DNA from: Oopsacas minuta
Lineage: Eukaryota > Animalia > Porifera
Reading direction: 5' to 3'
Length of the DNA stretch: 64,000 bases
NCBI GenBank assembly: GCA_024704765.1
Contig: JAKMXF010000011.1
Span: 913,557 to 977,556 of the forward strand
Each line of letters opens with the position of its first letter. Positions within the stretch are counted from its first letter, which is position 1. The position numbers and the translations under genes are program-made. The notes beneath the pieces are model-generated. The model searched no databases. It was not told the DNA's origin and was given only the letters and a program-made list of their open reading frames with translations. This document shows, in pieces, positions 24,826 through 36,281 of this stretch.

Positions 24826-27216
24826 TTATTTCTCTTCTGGAGTTTCGCTCAAGGGGATATCATGACTATAACTTGCTGGTTTGTAGACACCTGAAACTTC
24901 TCCTGACATCATACTTCGCAGTTCTGAATTCTGACCTTCTAGGGTGCGAATCTTTTCTTTGAGTTGGTCTGGATTTTCTGGAAAATTTTCTGTTGATTGG
25001 ATAGGTTTAAATGTCTTTCCATGTGGATCCTTGAATAGATAATATATGATAGGACCAGCAACGATGGAGCTAATTACGAACCCTTCCACAATTGTTGACA
25101 GACCTACGAGACCATATTTAACATCTACGTTAGTTAAGGTTAGGACAAGCACAATTTGTACGATAGAGAATATACCTACATTGTACATTGTCCATGTAAT
25201 AGTGGAAGAGTATTTGTTTGCTTTATTGACAACTTTCCTAAGATGATATGCTAGAAACAAACCAACTACGACTAGTATAGATTTGTAGATGAGGAATATA
25301 GTGAGTAGGATTACAAATTTGGTCTGGTTTCCAGCTCTACACTCAGATACCATGTACAACGGAGGATTCTCTAATCCTGAGTCAATAATGATAGTATTAT
25401 ATGTTATGGGAGATGACAGACTCCACATTAACACATAGATTGTGTCTATTACGACTAGAATTACTGGTATTAGGAGAATTTGATAGAAATTGAGATACGT
25501 GGAGTATTTGAACTTGTGTTTGATAGCAATGACGTAGTACTTAATTGCTTTCCCTAGCATCCCACCAAAGATGATACTTATGGACACAGCGAACAGCCAC
25601 ACACGTAAATGACACACGAAAGTACACACTGGTTGGTTATCAGATACATCTATGTATCTTCCGTCTATAGACCACAGTAGTGCTAGAACAAAAATGAAAT
25701 AGTTCCCCGATATAATGACTATGTTAACTGAAGGTTCTGATTTAGTGACTGCTGCATACTTCTTTATCCAACCAACAGAGATTATGACTATAAGAACTGT
25801 GACGTATGTTGTACCCAGCAGGGAGAATATTACAGTTAGCGCGAATATGGACGTATGTATGTGATACGGTTCAATTCCATCACTGACAAGATCAGGATTG
25901 AAAATAGTGAATGAATCCTCTGACAAATAAGTGATGTTTTCATTTCCAACTAAGTTATCCAAGTTTGCTGGAACGTTCACGTATAAACCACGAAATTCGT
26001 ATGAAGCGTTGATAATCTCTGAGATCTGTACACGACTCCCCGGCCGTACTCTATCCACATACATCACATCACCCGTCCATCCGTGGAACTTAACACTTTC
26101 CATTGCTTCGAATAGTTCAACACTTTTCACGCCAGTTATATTGATATAGTTGTTTACTGCCATGTTGTTAAGAGCTAATGCAATAGTCCATACACAATCA
26201 TAAGCATATGCATCGTACAATATATTTTCTCTTTCAAAGAACTCCATACCTTCTTTACTGACAACCAGTGCTTCATATTGTTCATAAAGTGCCCGTGGAG
26301 TATAGCCAGATATCGTAGTCTGGTTAGACATATCAAATTCTTTGAAACCAACTGTTGGATTTACAGCTAGGGACCCGGTAGATACAGACACGATATCATC
26401 CCTTGTACACTCACCAGTTGTTTCTAATCCTACGTTATCAGACCAATCTGTATACCAACCTAGCACAATCCAAGTTGTAACGGGAGCATAAAGAGATGGG
26501 AACCTGCGCAATCGACACATAATTTGTACGTACCTCAATTCACGTGCATTAAGCACTACCACTCTGTAACCCTCACTGTCTATGCGAGTTAGAATTAAGT
26601 CAATCGTTTCCAGATAATTCTCGTTTTTTGGGTTGTAGATTTCAGTTATGTAGCTGACACCAAGTTCATTAAGGAACACTTGCAATCTAGTGCTAATCGA
26701 AATGAAGAGATCTTCTTGCTCGTTAATAATCGCTACTCTTCTGATATTATATTGTTGTATCAATAGCAATTGTCCAGACACAGTATTTGTATCAGATGGT
26801 GTTCCCAATAGTAGCTCAGGGTATCTAGCATCATTGGTTAAGGAAGGCGAAGTTGAGGCCCAGCTGATTACAGGCAAGTTGTAAGCTATAGCTAATTCTG
26901 CTACAACATCTGTAGCTACAGAGCACCATGCTCCTAGCACTACTAGATAGCTTTGATCTGGCTCTCGAATGAATTCGAATAAGCTCCTGACTGCTACGAT
27001 ATTGGAGCAGCCGGAATCTCGGAACTTAACTGTCAGGTTGTAGTTCGTCAGGATTGATAAGTTAGAGTTTATGTGATCCAGTGCTAGTTGTGCTGCAGCA
27101 GGAGCTGCTCCAGACAACATTCTAGTAGGGTAGGGGTATAGTGCGGCGATGTTTAAGTTTTCTTGATTGGTGTAACGTACACTTACCAACAATACGACGA
27201 GTAAAATCTTCAACAT
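24826..27216 (-). CDS. Class C GPCR, GABA-B receptor-like (signal peptide, Venus flytrap domain, 7TM), copy 1
   Basis: Signal peptide; VFT motifs 'LAL.HINS…L..Y.L…DSGC', 'GAWCS.AT', 'ISWASTSP.L', 'YAYD.VW.IALAL'; 7TM directly after the VFT with no Cys-rich domain; C-terminal coiled coil. Confidence 0.92.
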   Translation of the reverse strand: MLKILLVVLLVSVRYTNQENLNIAALYPYPTRMLSGAAPAAAQLALDHINSNLSILTNYNLTVKFRDSGCSNIVAVRSLFEFIREPDQSYLVVLGAWCSVATDVVAELAIAYNLPVISWASTSPSLTNDARYPELLLGTPSDTNTVSGQLLLIQQYNIRRVAIINEQEDLFISISTRLQVFLNELGVSYITEIYNPKNENYLETIDLILTRIDSEGYRVVVLNARELRYVQIMCRLRRFPSLYAPVTTWIVLGWYTDWSDNVGLETTGECTRDDIVSVSTGSLAVNPTVGFKEFDMSNQTTISGYTPRALYEQYEALVVSKEGMEFFERENILYDAYAYDCVWTIALALNNMAVNNYINITGVKSVELFEAMESVKFHGWTGDVMYVDRVRPGSRVQISEIINASYEFRGLYVNVPANLDNLVGNENITYLSEDSFTIFNPDLVSDGIEPYHIHTSIFALTVIFSLLGTTYVTVLIVIISVGWIKKYAAVTKSEPSVNIVIISGNYFIFVLALLWSIDGRYIDVSDNQPVCTFVCHLRVWLFAVSISIIFGGMLGKAIKYYVIAIKHKFKYSTYLNFYQILLIPVILVVIDTIYVLMWSLSSPITYNTIIIDSGLENPPLYMVSECRAGNQTKFVILLTIFLIYKSILVVVGLFLAYHLRKVVNKANKYSSTITWTMYNVGIFSIVQIVLVLTLTNVDVKYGLVGLSTIVEGFVISSIVAGPIIYYLFKDPHGKTFKPIQSTENFPENPDQLKEKIRTLEGQNSELRSMMSGEVSGVYKPASYSHDIPLSETPEEK
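25025..25911. repeat. Near-identical 887-bp direct repeat, copy A (partner 27888-28774)
   Basis: Offset 2863 nt; by eye only one synonymous mismatch (25540 C vs 28403 T). Confidence 0.9.
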
Positions 27217-27706
27217 TATCTTACCCTTTAGAACTAGTTCGTAATAATTGTACCACTCTCCTTTTATACATTACTATACTTGATAGCTGTTCTTATATTT
27301 CATTAGAAATGAACTTTATGTAATTGGCCTGGACTATCCTTATCACTTGAGTTGATAGTAGATTCAATTCCTTTTATGGAATTGCTTTATAATGCAATTG
27401 AATCTTGGGGATTGGCTTAATGATTCTCTTGTAATAAGGGCGGACACAGTATTTGTTAAACTTGCTATGCCATCTTCCTTGGTTGTTTTTACGAATAATT
27501 TAACTATTTAGGAGCTGATTTGCTTATTCTGCTACTAATCCCTATCTCCATATGCTACTAAATACATCCTCCCTAATATAGCTTTATATTTAGATTAATT
27601 AATGACTCAAAAGGATTTTATTTCTTCATTTCACAGATTTTTTTATATAACATATAATGGGATCACACACGTAATATATACAATCAATTTTATGAATCAA
27701 TTTTCT

Positions 27707-30091
27707 TCAATCATGGGCAGCAGAATTTTCAAGGCTTACCCCCTTGGTAACTACTGAATTCTCTTTTGACATCTTTTCTCGTAAGATTGAGTTTTGGCCT
27801 TCTAGGGTGCGAATCTTTTCTTTGAGTTGGTCTGGATTCTCTGGAAAGGTAGCTCTTCCTGGTAAAGGTCTGAACGTTTTTCCATATGGATCCTTGAATA
27901 GATAATATATGATAGGACCAGCAACGATGGAGCTAATTACGAACCCTTCCACAATTGTTGACAGACCTACGAGACCATATTTAACATCTACGTTAGTTAA
28001 GGTTAGGACAAGCACAATTTGTACGATAGAGAATATACCTACATTGTACATTGTCCATGTAATAGTGGAAGAGTATTTGTTTGCTTTATTGACAACTTTC
28101 CTAAGATGATATGCTAGAAACAAACCAACTACGACTAGTATAGATTTGTAGATGAGGAATATAGTGAGTAGGATTACAAATTTGGTCTGGTTTCCAGCTC
28201 TACACTCAGATACCATGTACAACGGAGGATTCTCTAATCCTGAGTCAATAATGATAGTATTATATGTTATGGGAGATGACAGACTCCACATTAACACATA
28301 GATTGTGTCTATTACGACTAGAATTACTGGTATTAGGAGAATTTGATAGAAATTGAGATACGTGGAGTATTTGAACTTGTGTTTGATAGCAATGACGTAG
28401 TATTTAATTGCTTTCCCTAGCATCCCACCAAAGATGATACTTATGGACACAGCGAACAGCCACACACGTAAATGACACACGAAAGTACACACTGGTTGGT
28501 TATCAGATACATCTATGTATCTTCCGTCTATAGACCACAGTAGTGCTAGAACAAAAATGAAATAGTTCCCCGATATAATGACTATGTTAACTGAAGGTTC
28601 TGATTTAGTGACTGCTGCATACTTCTTTATCCAACCAACAGAGATTATGACTATAAGAACTGTGACGTATGTTGTACCCAGCAGGGAGAATATTACAGTT
28701 AGCGCGAATATGGACGTATGTATGTGATACGGTTCAATTCCATCACTGACAAGATCAGGATTGAAAATAGTGAAAGGAGCCCTCTCTATGTAGTTTATGT
28801 TTCCATTTCCAACTAATTCGCTATGATTAAACGGGACATTCTCATACAATCCACGGATTTGAAACGATGCATTTATAACTTCATATATTTGTATACGACT
28901 CTCTTGTCTAATTCTCTCCAGATACATTACGTCACCACCCCAGCCATGGAAGGTAACACGCTGCATTGAATCGAATAACTCTTCACTCTCCAAAGGCTCT
29001 CTATTGAGGTCGTACTTAGCTGACAACTCATTTAGGGCTAAAGCTATGGTCCAAGTGCAATCGTATGCGTACACATCGTAGAAATTCCTTTGATTTTCAA
29101 AGAAATCCGCGTCGTTTTCCTGTGTGACCAATGACTCGTACATTTGGTTAAGTTCTTTTGGAGTATAACCAGATATAGTTTTCTGCTTATCCAAATCAAA
29201 TTCCTCAAAACCAACTGTCGGATTAACAGCTATAGACCCGCTGGTTACAGCTACTATATCATCAAAGTTACAATCTCCATTCGTATAACCTTCTACGTCA
29301 TCTGACCAGTTCACATACCAGCCTAATATTATCCAGGTTGTTGCTGGGGGATGTAGAGATGGGAAGTTCTTGAGCCGGCACATGATTTGTACATACTCCT
29401 CTTCTCTGCCGTTTAGCACGATTACGTTATACCCATCGTTATGTATACGAGTTAGGATTAGGTCAATTGTCTGGAGGTAGTTCTGTGATTCTGGGTTGTA
29501 TATCTCTGTAAGGTATTCGACACCGAGTTCATTGAGAAACACATGTAATCTGGCGCTAATTGTAACGAATAGATCTTCTTGCTCGTTTATTATCGCCACT
29601 CTACGTATTTTCAATTCCTGTATCAATACTAATTGTCCAGAAACAGTATTGATGTCAGATGGCGTACCTAGCAGTAGTTCAGGGTATAGCTCGCTGTTGG
29701 TGAAGGAAGGTGAGGTTGATGCCCAGCTAATTACAGGTTTATCGTATGCTAGTGCTAGCTCTGCTACAACATCTGTGGCCTTGGAACACCATGCCCCTAG
29801 TACTACTAAGTAGTTTTCATTTGGTTCGCTTATGAATTTAAACAAACTCCTTACTGCTATTTTCTCCTTGCAGCCTGAGTCTCTGAATTTGACTGTAAGG
29901 CTGTAGTTAGGTAGGATTGTTGGGTTGGAATTGATGTGATTAAGTGCGAGTTTTACTGCTGCTGGTGTAGCTCCTGAAAATCCTGTAGATGGATACGGGT
30001 AGACTGCTGCAATGTTCAGGACCTGTTGATCAGTGCGTTCAGTGCTAACGAGTAGAGCGATTAGTACGAAAGCGAATTTTATGTTCCCCAT
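27707..30091 (-). CDS. Class C GPCR, GABA-B receptor-like, tandem paralogue copy 2
   Basis: Same architecture as copy 1, with diverged VFT and essentially identical 7TM. Confidence 0.92.
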   Translation of the reverse strand: MGNIKFAFVLIALLVSTERTDQQVLNIAAVYPYPSTGFSGATPAAVKLALNHINSNPTILPNYSLTVKFRDSGCKEKIAVRSLFKFISEPNENYLVVLGAWCSKATDVVAELALAYDKPVISWASTSPSFTNSELYPELLLGTPSDINTVSGQLVLIQELKIRRVAIINEQEDLFVTISARLHVFLNELGVEYLTEIYNPESQNYLQTIDLILTRIHNDGYNVIVLNGREEEYVQIMCRLKNFPSLHPPATTWIILGWYVNWSDDVEGYTNGDCNFDDIVAVTSGSIAVNPTVGFEEFDLDKQKTISGYTPKELNQMYESLVTQENDADFFENQRNFYDVYAYDCTWTIALALNELSAKYDLNREPLESEELFDSMQRVTFHGWGGDVMYLERIRQESRIQIYEVINASFQIRGLYENVPFNHSELVGNGNINYIERAPFTIFNPDLVSDGIEPYHIHTSIFALTVIFSLLGTTYVTVLIVIISVGWIKKYAAVTKSEPSVNIVIISGNYFIFVLALLWSIDGRYIDVSDNQPVCTFVCHLRVWLFAVSISIIFGGMLGKAIKYYVIAIKHKFKYSTYLNFYQILLIPVILVVIDTIYVLMWSLSSPITYNTIIIDSGLENPPLYMVSECRAGNQTKFVILLTIFLIYKSILVVVGLFLAYHLRKVVNKANKYSSTITWTMYNVGIFSIVQIVLVLTLTNVDVKYGLVGLSTIVEGFVISSIVAGPIIYYLFKDPYGKTFRPLPGRATFPENPDQLKEKIRTLEGQNSILREKMSKENSVVTKGVSLENSAAHD
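27888..28774. repeat. Near-identical 887-bp direct repeat, copy B (partner 25025-25911)
   Basis: Covers the 7TM-coding part of GPCR copy 2. Confidence 0.9.
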
Positions 30092-30366
30092 CTTATCAGT
30101 TTATTATTTTTATTCCCATTTAACAGGGTTCTTTTATATGAATAATTATATTAAGCATTGTCTTAAATTTGCTGATACTCTACTTTGAGGATTGTGTTCT
30201 TTTTTTTTCTTACAAAACTTTATCATGTTTTATGAATCGATAACCAATCTTTTAACTTTCATTTCTTACAGTCAGCAATACTTGACTAATCTTTCTATTC
30301 AATTCCTTTAATATTTAATTCTTCCGTTATCATGAAGTTATTTCTTACACACACTAGCCACAAAGT

Positions 30367-32727
30367 ATGTTCTCTTTTGCTGATAAGCTAAAACCATTCT
30401 TCTCTATTACTCCTCCATGGGATGGGTCACGTTCTCCTGACCCTTCAACTCCAATACATCATAAGAAATATTCTGAATCTGATTTAGCCTCCAATAAACC
30501 TCCTTCTGCTCCATCTATTCATCACTCATTTTCTAACACTGATTTTACTTGCAATTCATCAGCTAATGAACTCCTTTCAGATTCCTATGATTCCACTGCT
30601 AATACATTAGCTATTCGTTCCTTGCTGTCTTCTTTCCAAATATCACTACGCATATTAGTTATGCAGCAAAGGAAAACTTACACACAGAAGCCACCTGTTA
30701 TCCTATATGACGTAAGCGATATGACGTCAGCATGTGATGATTGTATGCGAGTGTTCTACCCAGAGCAAATGTCAGAGCTAATATTTGGTAACTGCTACAT
30801 TTCTACTCCATCTTCTGGACTTAAACTACAAACTCTTCATACAGATAGTGTAATGCTCAGTCGTGTGATATGTCATAATGCTCCTCATCTGATCAGGTCT
30901 AACCAATCTTCTACACAATTTATATCTGTAAAGTCTAACAGCTTAACTCCCAATCAGAATACAGAACGTGCTCGTAGCTCAGTAGTTAGATGTAGGACAG
31001 CTACATCTAGATCTAACTTTGATAGAGATACACATTTATTTAACAAGCCATTATCATCCTCACTGGATAGTAAACGAACTAATCCTATATATTCAAGTCC
31101 TGCTAACTCTAACTACAACCTCGATTTATGGTGTTCTGACGATTCTGCGTCTTCTCCAGGTAGACAAGCATTCGTAGAATCTCTTACCTCTCCTCATAAG
31201 CTTGTTTCCAAGACCCGGCGATTAGCTATCGTACTTATCTTTCACAATAAGGAGGGTTTTTCAACTCGTATTGACGATATATTGCAATCAAACTTCCTAT
31301 TCCTTGAGAATTCTATCAACACACTAGCAGATAATATATATGACGTCATATACTCCACTACTGAAGCTTCATTCAGTCCTAGCTTAGTTGTTGCTTTGGA
31401 AGATTTCTTGTGTGACGTCAGCACTCAGCTGTCTCCTATAAATCACTTATCATATACTCCCTTACAGTTGTATAACTTCTCAGATTGTCCTGTTAAACGG
31501 ATTCCGCGAATTATCTCAAATTTACATACAAATCTAAATAGTGTTTCATATATGGAGAATTTCTTCTCGCGTCTTCTGACGGCATTTTTAACATACCATC
31601 ACTCCTGGTTGGTATCCATGATACCCCAAGGGAATACCCAAGGTAAATTATCTTCTCATATTGAAGGGCTAGCATCTCGTTATGGATATTCATCATCCAG
31701 TCCATTTGTATGTAAAGTACTGCTATTTGATCATTATTACCAGTTCAGTCAGGAGCTACTCTCACAACTCGTGATCTTATTCAGCTATTTATTCCGACAG
31801 CAGATCGATACCTTGTGTAGCTGTACCAGTCCAACTCATGACGTCACGCCATCTAATGAAGACTTCCTAATCATTTCAATGGATAAAGATGTATTCAATT
31901 CTTCAACACTTATAAAACCAGAAACGAATGCGAATAATTCTAACATACAATTTTATACGTATAATCCTTCTGATGAGCAAAATACTTCCTCTAAGGATTA
32001 TGCACAAGTTCTACTTACAAATGACACAATATTCACAGATATAATGGGAGATAGTCAGATATCTCAGAATGTATCAATCTTAAACTATGCTTCTAGCGAT
32101 AGAAACGAGGCCGTACTACAGAGTTTATCAGAGTTAAGACATTTGTGTACACATTTAGAGCTTGGCTATACACAAGATGAACTATTCCCTGCAGATGATA
32201 GTCTCTATGAACTAGGTGATGTAGCTAATATCCCACCTCCAACTCTTATAATAGCTGATCTTAACGAGTTTACTGTAGAGGTAATTCATAATGATTCTAT
32301 TCTTATTAATAATTGGAAGTATAAGGAGACTGTGTTATCGAACTCTCGTACTCAGAAATACTCGAGATTGGTACATAGACTGGTAGAGATGATAAGTAAT
32401 ATTATGGAACCTGTTAATATCGGGGAAGATGATGATTTGAAAGAGGCTGAGCATCTAAACTGCGAAATAGCACTTGTGTGTTTAGAGAATGCGTTAGCAG
32501 ACATATACACTAAAGCTCAGCTGATTGTTAAGCATTTAAAGAACTGGTTAGATACGCCAGGATGTGTAGAAGATCGTACTAGAACACACGAATTATTCTC
32601 TGAACTAATTGCATTATTAAGAGTTGATGTTAGTGATCTGGAATTACTTATGAGAATAGCTTATGTTATAGCCCCAGAGGATAGAAATACACTGGAGAGA
32701 TTAATCACATTTGTATATGCTTATTGA
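30367..32727 (+). CDS. FNIP: Folliculin-interacting protein (FNIP/Lst4 family)
   Basis: 'LRILVMQ…ILYD', 'MSELIFG…LKLQTL…VMLSRV' (cf. LGEMMFG…LKIH…LMLSKVF), 'RRLAIVLIF', 'FSRLLTAFLTYHHSW', C-terminal 'LLRVDVSDLELLMRIA'. Confidence 0.8.
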   Translation: MFSFADKLKPFFSITPPWDGSRSPDPSTPIHHKKYSESDLASNKPPSAPSIHHSFSNTDFTCNSSANELLSDSYDSTANTLAIRSLLSSFQISLRILVMQQRKTYTQKPPVILYDVSDMTSACDDCMRVFYPEQMSELIFGNCYISTPSSGLKLQTLHTDSVMLSRVICHNAPHLIRSNQSSTQFISVKSNSLTPNQNTERARSSVVRCRTATSRSNFDRDTHLFNKPLSSSLDSKRTNPIYSSPANSNYNLDLWCSDDSASSPGRQAFVESLTSPHKLVSKTRRLAIVLIFHNKEGFSTRIDDILQSNFLFLENSINTLADNIYDVIYSTTEASFSPSLVVALEDFLCDVSTQLSPINHLSYTPLQLYNFSDCPVKRIPRIISNLHTNLNSVSYMENFFSRLLTAFLTYHHSWLVSMIPQGNTQGKLSSHIEGLASRYGYSSSSPFVCKVLLFDHYYQFSQELLSQLVILFSYLFRQQIDTLCSCTSPTHDVTPSNEDFLIISMDKDVFNSSTLIKPETNANNSNIQFYTYNPSDEQNTSSKDYAQVLLTNDTIFTDIMGDSQISQNVSILNYASSDRNEAVLQSLSELRHLCTHLELGYTQDELFPADDSLYELGDVANIPPPTLIIADLNEFTVEVIHNDSILINNWKYKETVLSNSRTQKYSRLVHRLVEMISNIMEPVNIGEDDDLKEAEHLNCEIALVCLENALADIYTKAQLIVKHLKNWLDTPGCVEDRTRTHELFSELIALLRVDVSDLELLMRIAYVIAPEDRNTLERLITFVYAY

Positions 32728-32937
32728 TGTTTGTTTTATACTTTAAGGGAATTCTTATCTTATTTTTATCTGTAATTAATGCAAATTTCTTCAAATTATT
32801 TCTATTTTCTGCTATCTATTACATTACCTCTTATGGTAAAGCCATTTGCTTTATTTAATTTTAAGAATCTCTACAATTAGTGTTAGATGGTCATATGCTT
32901 GTCTATTGCTCGTATTTAATAGGGAATTATCCCTAAT

Positions 32938-33444
32938 TTGATGCGATTTATAATGGCAAGCCAACTCTCTGCAGAACAGAAAACAACTATTCTAGAAATA
33001 TTCTCTCTGTTTGATCATAGTGAGGATCATACTATTCTATTGAAGGATGTTCCTGTGGTGTTACGATCACTAGGAATACATTTAGAGGCTGAAGAGTTGG
33101 AGGAGGTTATGCAGGATCTGGAGAAGCGGGTTATGCCGGTCAAACCGGAGAAGGATAAAGGGCAGATACCGGTTGTGACATTCACTCACTTCTCTACTGT
33201 AGTAGAGAGTCTTGTAAAAGAGATAGATAACGAGAAGGAAATAAGAGAAGCTTTTCAAGCATTTGACAAGGAAGGAGACGGCCTCCTTTTAGCTGTAGAG
33301 CTCAGACAAATATTGACAAATATGGGAGATAAGATGACAGAAGATGAGGTAGAAGAGATGTTAGATGAAGTTGATATTGATGCTAATGGGAAAGTTGATT
33401 ATGCTAAACTTGCGAAAATTATCACTTCTAAAACTGTGCTGTAA
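32938..33444 (+). CDS. Calmodulin-like / myosin light chain-like EF-hand protein
   Basis: 'EIREAFQAFDKEGDG…ELRQILTNMGDKMTEDEVEEMLDEVDIDANGKVDY'; N-terminal EF hands are degenerate. Confidence 0.9.
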   Translation: MMRFIMASQLSAEQKTTILEIFSLFDHSEDHTILLKDVPVVLRSLGIHLEAEELEEVMQDLEKRVMPVKPEKDKGQIPVVTFTHFSTVVESLVKEIDNEKEIREAFQAFDKEGDGLLLAVELRQILTNMGDKMTEDEVEEMLDEVDIDANGKVDYAKLAKIITSKTVL

Positions 33445-33675
33445 TATAACGAGAAATGTGTTTCTACTAATATTATGAGTGTCGTGTGTATCAATGAAAT
33501 ATGTGTTTATTGAATTCTTACATAATTAGAATAATTGCAGTCAATACACAAATCAAATCCTCTAATATACGCACGTGAGTATAGCGTATATTCATTCACT
33601 AATAAATAGAACTATGTATTATATTTATGTTAGTTTTTATACAAATAAATCTGTAGTGACAATATTGGAGTAGAC

Positions 33676-36027
33676 ATGGGTTTGAATGAAGACAAGTATG
33701 GATCTGGGACCCGTATCAGGAAGAGAGATATCAGAAACTTAGGCAGAACTCTACAAGAATTCATTTCTAAACTTCCTTACACACCGCTAGCCTCTAGCTT
33801 ACGAGATGCTCTACTCTACTCTGCCCTTCAATTATCTCGATATAACAAATCTCAATGCTGCAAGGCTAGTCTATCAGAAACACAGGTTATATTCCCTCTG
33901 CATATCATGAAGCTATTGAATGAGTCTTATCCAGAGATAGACCTGGATCAGTTTAGAATGAAGTGGGAGAGGGAGAGAGACAATTTGACAGTGAGACGCT
34001 CTCTCTCAGGACAGCCTGATATCTGTGTGTATGCTGATAACGGAGATTTTACTGGTATAGAGGAAGTACTGCAATATGACCTCAATTTGGTAGATAATGT
34101 TGATAACCATGGACGTTCTGCTTTGGCTTATTGCTGTAGACACTCTTCACCTGATCATATGACGTGTCTAGAGATCCTACTACAGCATAATGCATCTATG
34201 GATCAACGTGATAACGATGGTATTACTGCATTACACTGGGCTGCATATACTGGTAATGCTGATGCTGTACTGTCTTTACTGAAACATGGCGCTTCTATTT
34301 CTATCACTGATAAAACTGGTCGTTCGCCTCTACACATGGCTACACAGTCTGATAATCCTCGTGTATTACAGCTACTTCTACAACAGGAAGATGTTGATAC
34401 GAAGGTCAAAGATTGTAGAGGTTTAACACCCTTATCCTGGGCTGCTGCTAGAGATAATCTAGACGCGGTTAATAAGCTGAAAAACGCGGAATCTAACAGC
34501 TTTGTGAGTCGAGATACATACATCACAGATTCACAAGGTAGATCCTTTATACACTGGGCAGCTATCTCTCCTCACGGTACCGTATGTCTTGAATCTCTGA
34601 TACAATCAGATATCTCATCACTCCAGGATACACTAGGATGGACTCCGTTACACTACACTGCTCTAACTGGTTCACAGAAATCCTGTGAAGTTATTCTAAA
34701 TGTTCTACCACGAGATAAGATAGATACACCCACTAAACGTGGCTTTTCTGCTCTACATATCGCATGTTACCATGGTAACGGTGATGTACTTGATTCTCTG
34801 TTATCTAACGGGAGTGACTATCTCTCCCCTACTCCCGAGGGCTCTTCCCCTTTAGAAGCTGTAGCTAAACTAAAGCTACACTATTCTCAGTTAGTACTAG
34901 AAACACACATCAGTCAGTTGAGACGTAGTGCTACTCCAAATAACAGGGAGAAGCCTGTATGTAACACTATAACTAGTATACCTAATTATTTGCAGAGATC
35001 TCTTACTCCTACTCCTCCACGCTCTCCCAAGCCTCCTTTATCTCCAAAGAAGCCTAGTACTCCATTACGTCATCATCTTAAAGCTAATACGATAGACTCC
35101 AAATCCTTAACCCGATCACTTCCTGTAGAGAGTACTCCTTTACCTGAACCAACTAATGTCTTATCAGGTCTAGAGTCTAGTGTATCTTCTCAGAAGCTGT
35201 CAGGTAGGTCTCGGCCTGTTAGTGCTAAGGGTCGCATCCGTCCTGTCCAGTCTAGCAAGCGTCCTTCCTCTAATACGCCCCCTAACGGTACTATACCCCC
35301 AGAATCAAGCAGTCGTCGCTCTTCCACCGCTACCCCTCCATCTCCACTACAGAAAGACGTCAATGGAATGCGTCGTACTCTCTCATACGATCTTAATCTA
35401 GACATGTCAGACCAATTCTCTGCCATGACTCTCCCTCCTCGTCCTACAGCACCTACACCCCCTGTAGATTCAGATCCTGACTCAGTAGTAATCAGTGAGG
35501 CATCTAGTTCACCCCCTCTAGCTCCACAAGATATAGAGAGTGCTACATCTATGTTAGGACTACCTGCACAGAAGAGACCGAGTATACAGTCTATTTCTGA
35601 TGTTTGGAATATGAATGATTCAGGATTCATCAGCCCCATCACTTCAATACCGAAATCCCCCTCCGCTATAAACATGCGAAAACATCGTCCGTCATTAACT
35701 TCCCCTCATACTATGCAATATGAGTCATACAACAGATCACCTCAATCTCTTGTTGTTAACACACAGAGTTCATCTCCATACACACAAGCAATGACTCTAC
35801 CAAATGCTCCACACGCTAAACGCTCTATCACCAAGAATCCTTACGATAGCATAGCTAATCCAACTCAATTCCCTTCCTCCCAGCCGTTGTTAGCAGCACG
35901 TAACAGTAATATACCCCGGTATAACAGGGCCTGGAAACCAACTAAGGAATCTCTCCCCTCTCAAAGATCTGCAATTCGAATTAACCGTACAGACGTTAGG
36001 ATGTCTACTTCGCACTATAACCATTAG
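33676..36027 (+). CDS. Ankyrin-repeat protein with Ser/Pro-rich disordered C-terminus (inversin/ANKRD55-like)
   Basis: About 8 ankyrin repeats (GITALHWAA, GRSPLHMA, GLTPLSWAA, GWTPLHY, GFSALHIAC). Confidence 0.85.
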   Translation: MGLNEDKYGSGTRIRKRDIRNLGRTLQEFISKLPYTPLASSLRDALLYSALQLSRYNKSQCCKASLSETQVIFPLHIMKLLNESYPEIDLDQFRMKWERERDNLTVRRSLSGQPDICVYADNGDFTGIEEVLQYDLNLVDNVDNHGRSALAYCCRHSSPDHMTCLEILLQHNASMDQRDNDGITALHWAAYTGNADAVLSLLKHGASISITDKTGRSPLHMATQSDNPRVLQLLLQQEDVDTKVKDCRGLTPLSWAAARDNLDAVNKLKNAESNSFVSRDTYITDSQGRSFIHWAAISPHGTVCLESLIQSDISSLQDTLGWTPLHYTALTGSQKSCEVILNVLPRDKIDTPTKRGFSALHIACYHGNGDVLDSLLSNGSDYLSPTPEGSSPLEAVAKLKLHYSQLVLETHISQLRRSATPNNREKPVCNTITSIPNYLQRSLTPTPPRSPKPPLSPKKPSTPLRHHLKANTIDSKSLTRSLPVESTPLPEPTNVLSGLESSVSSQKLSGRSRPVSAKGRIRPVQSSKRPSSNTPPNGTIPPESSSRRSSTATPPSPLQKDVNGMRRTLSYDLNLDMSDQFSAMTLPPRPTAPTPPVDSDPDSVVISEASSSPPLAPQDIESATSMLGLPAQKRPSIQSISDVWNMNDSGFISPITSIPKSPSAINMRKHRPSLTSPHTMQYESYNRSPQSLVVNTQSSSPYTQAMTLPNAPHAKRSITKNPYDSIANPTQFPSSQPLLAARNSNIPRYNRAWKPTKESLPSQRSAIRINRTDVRMSTSHYNH

Positions 36028-36281
36028 TATCCCCACCAACAAGGAATGTTACGGTATTTTTCTATATAATTATTCGCCTCCTCTCCCATGTGTTATTCAA
36101 GTAACTATCCCACCTCTGAAATATTACCTCATGTTACTTTGCATCTGTAATTGCCAGATATTATTCATTAATTACATTTGTGTTTCTGACTTGTATAACT
36201 CATAATTGACCTAAGGCCATCTCTTATAACCACTGATATATTTACTGTTTTTAAATATTGTAATATATTTTAGTTACTCTT

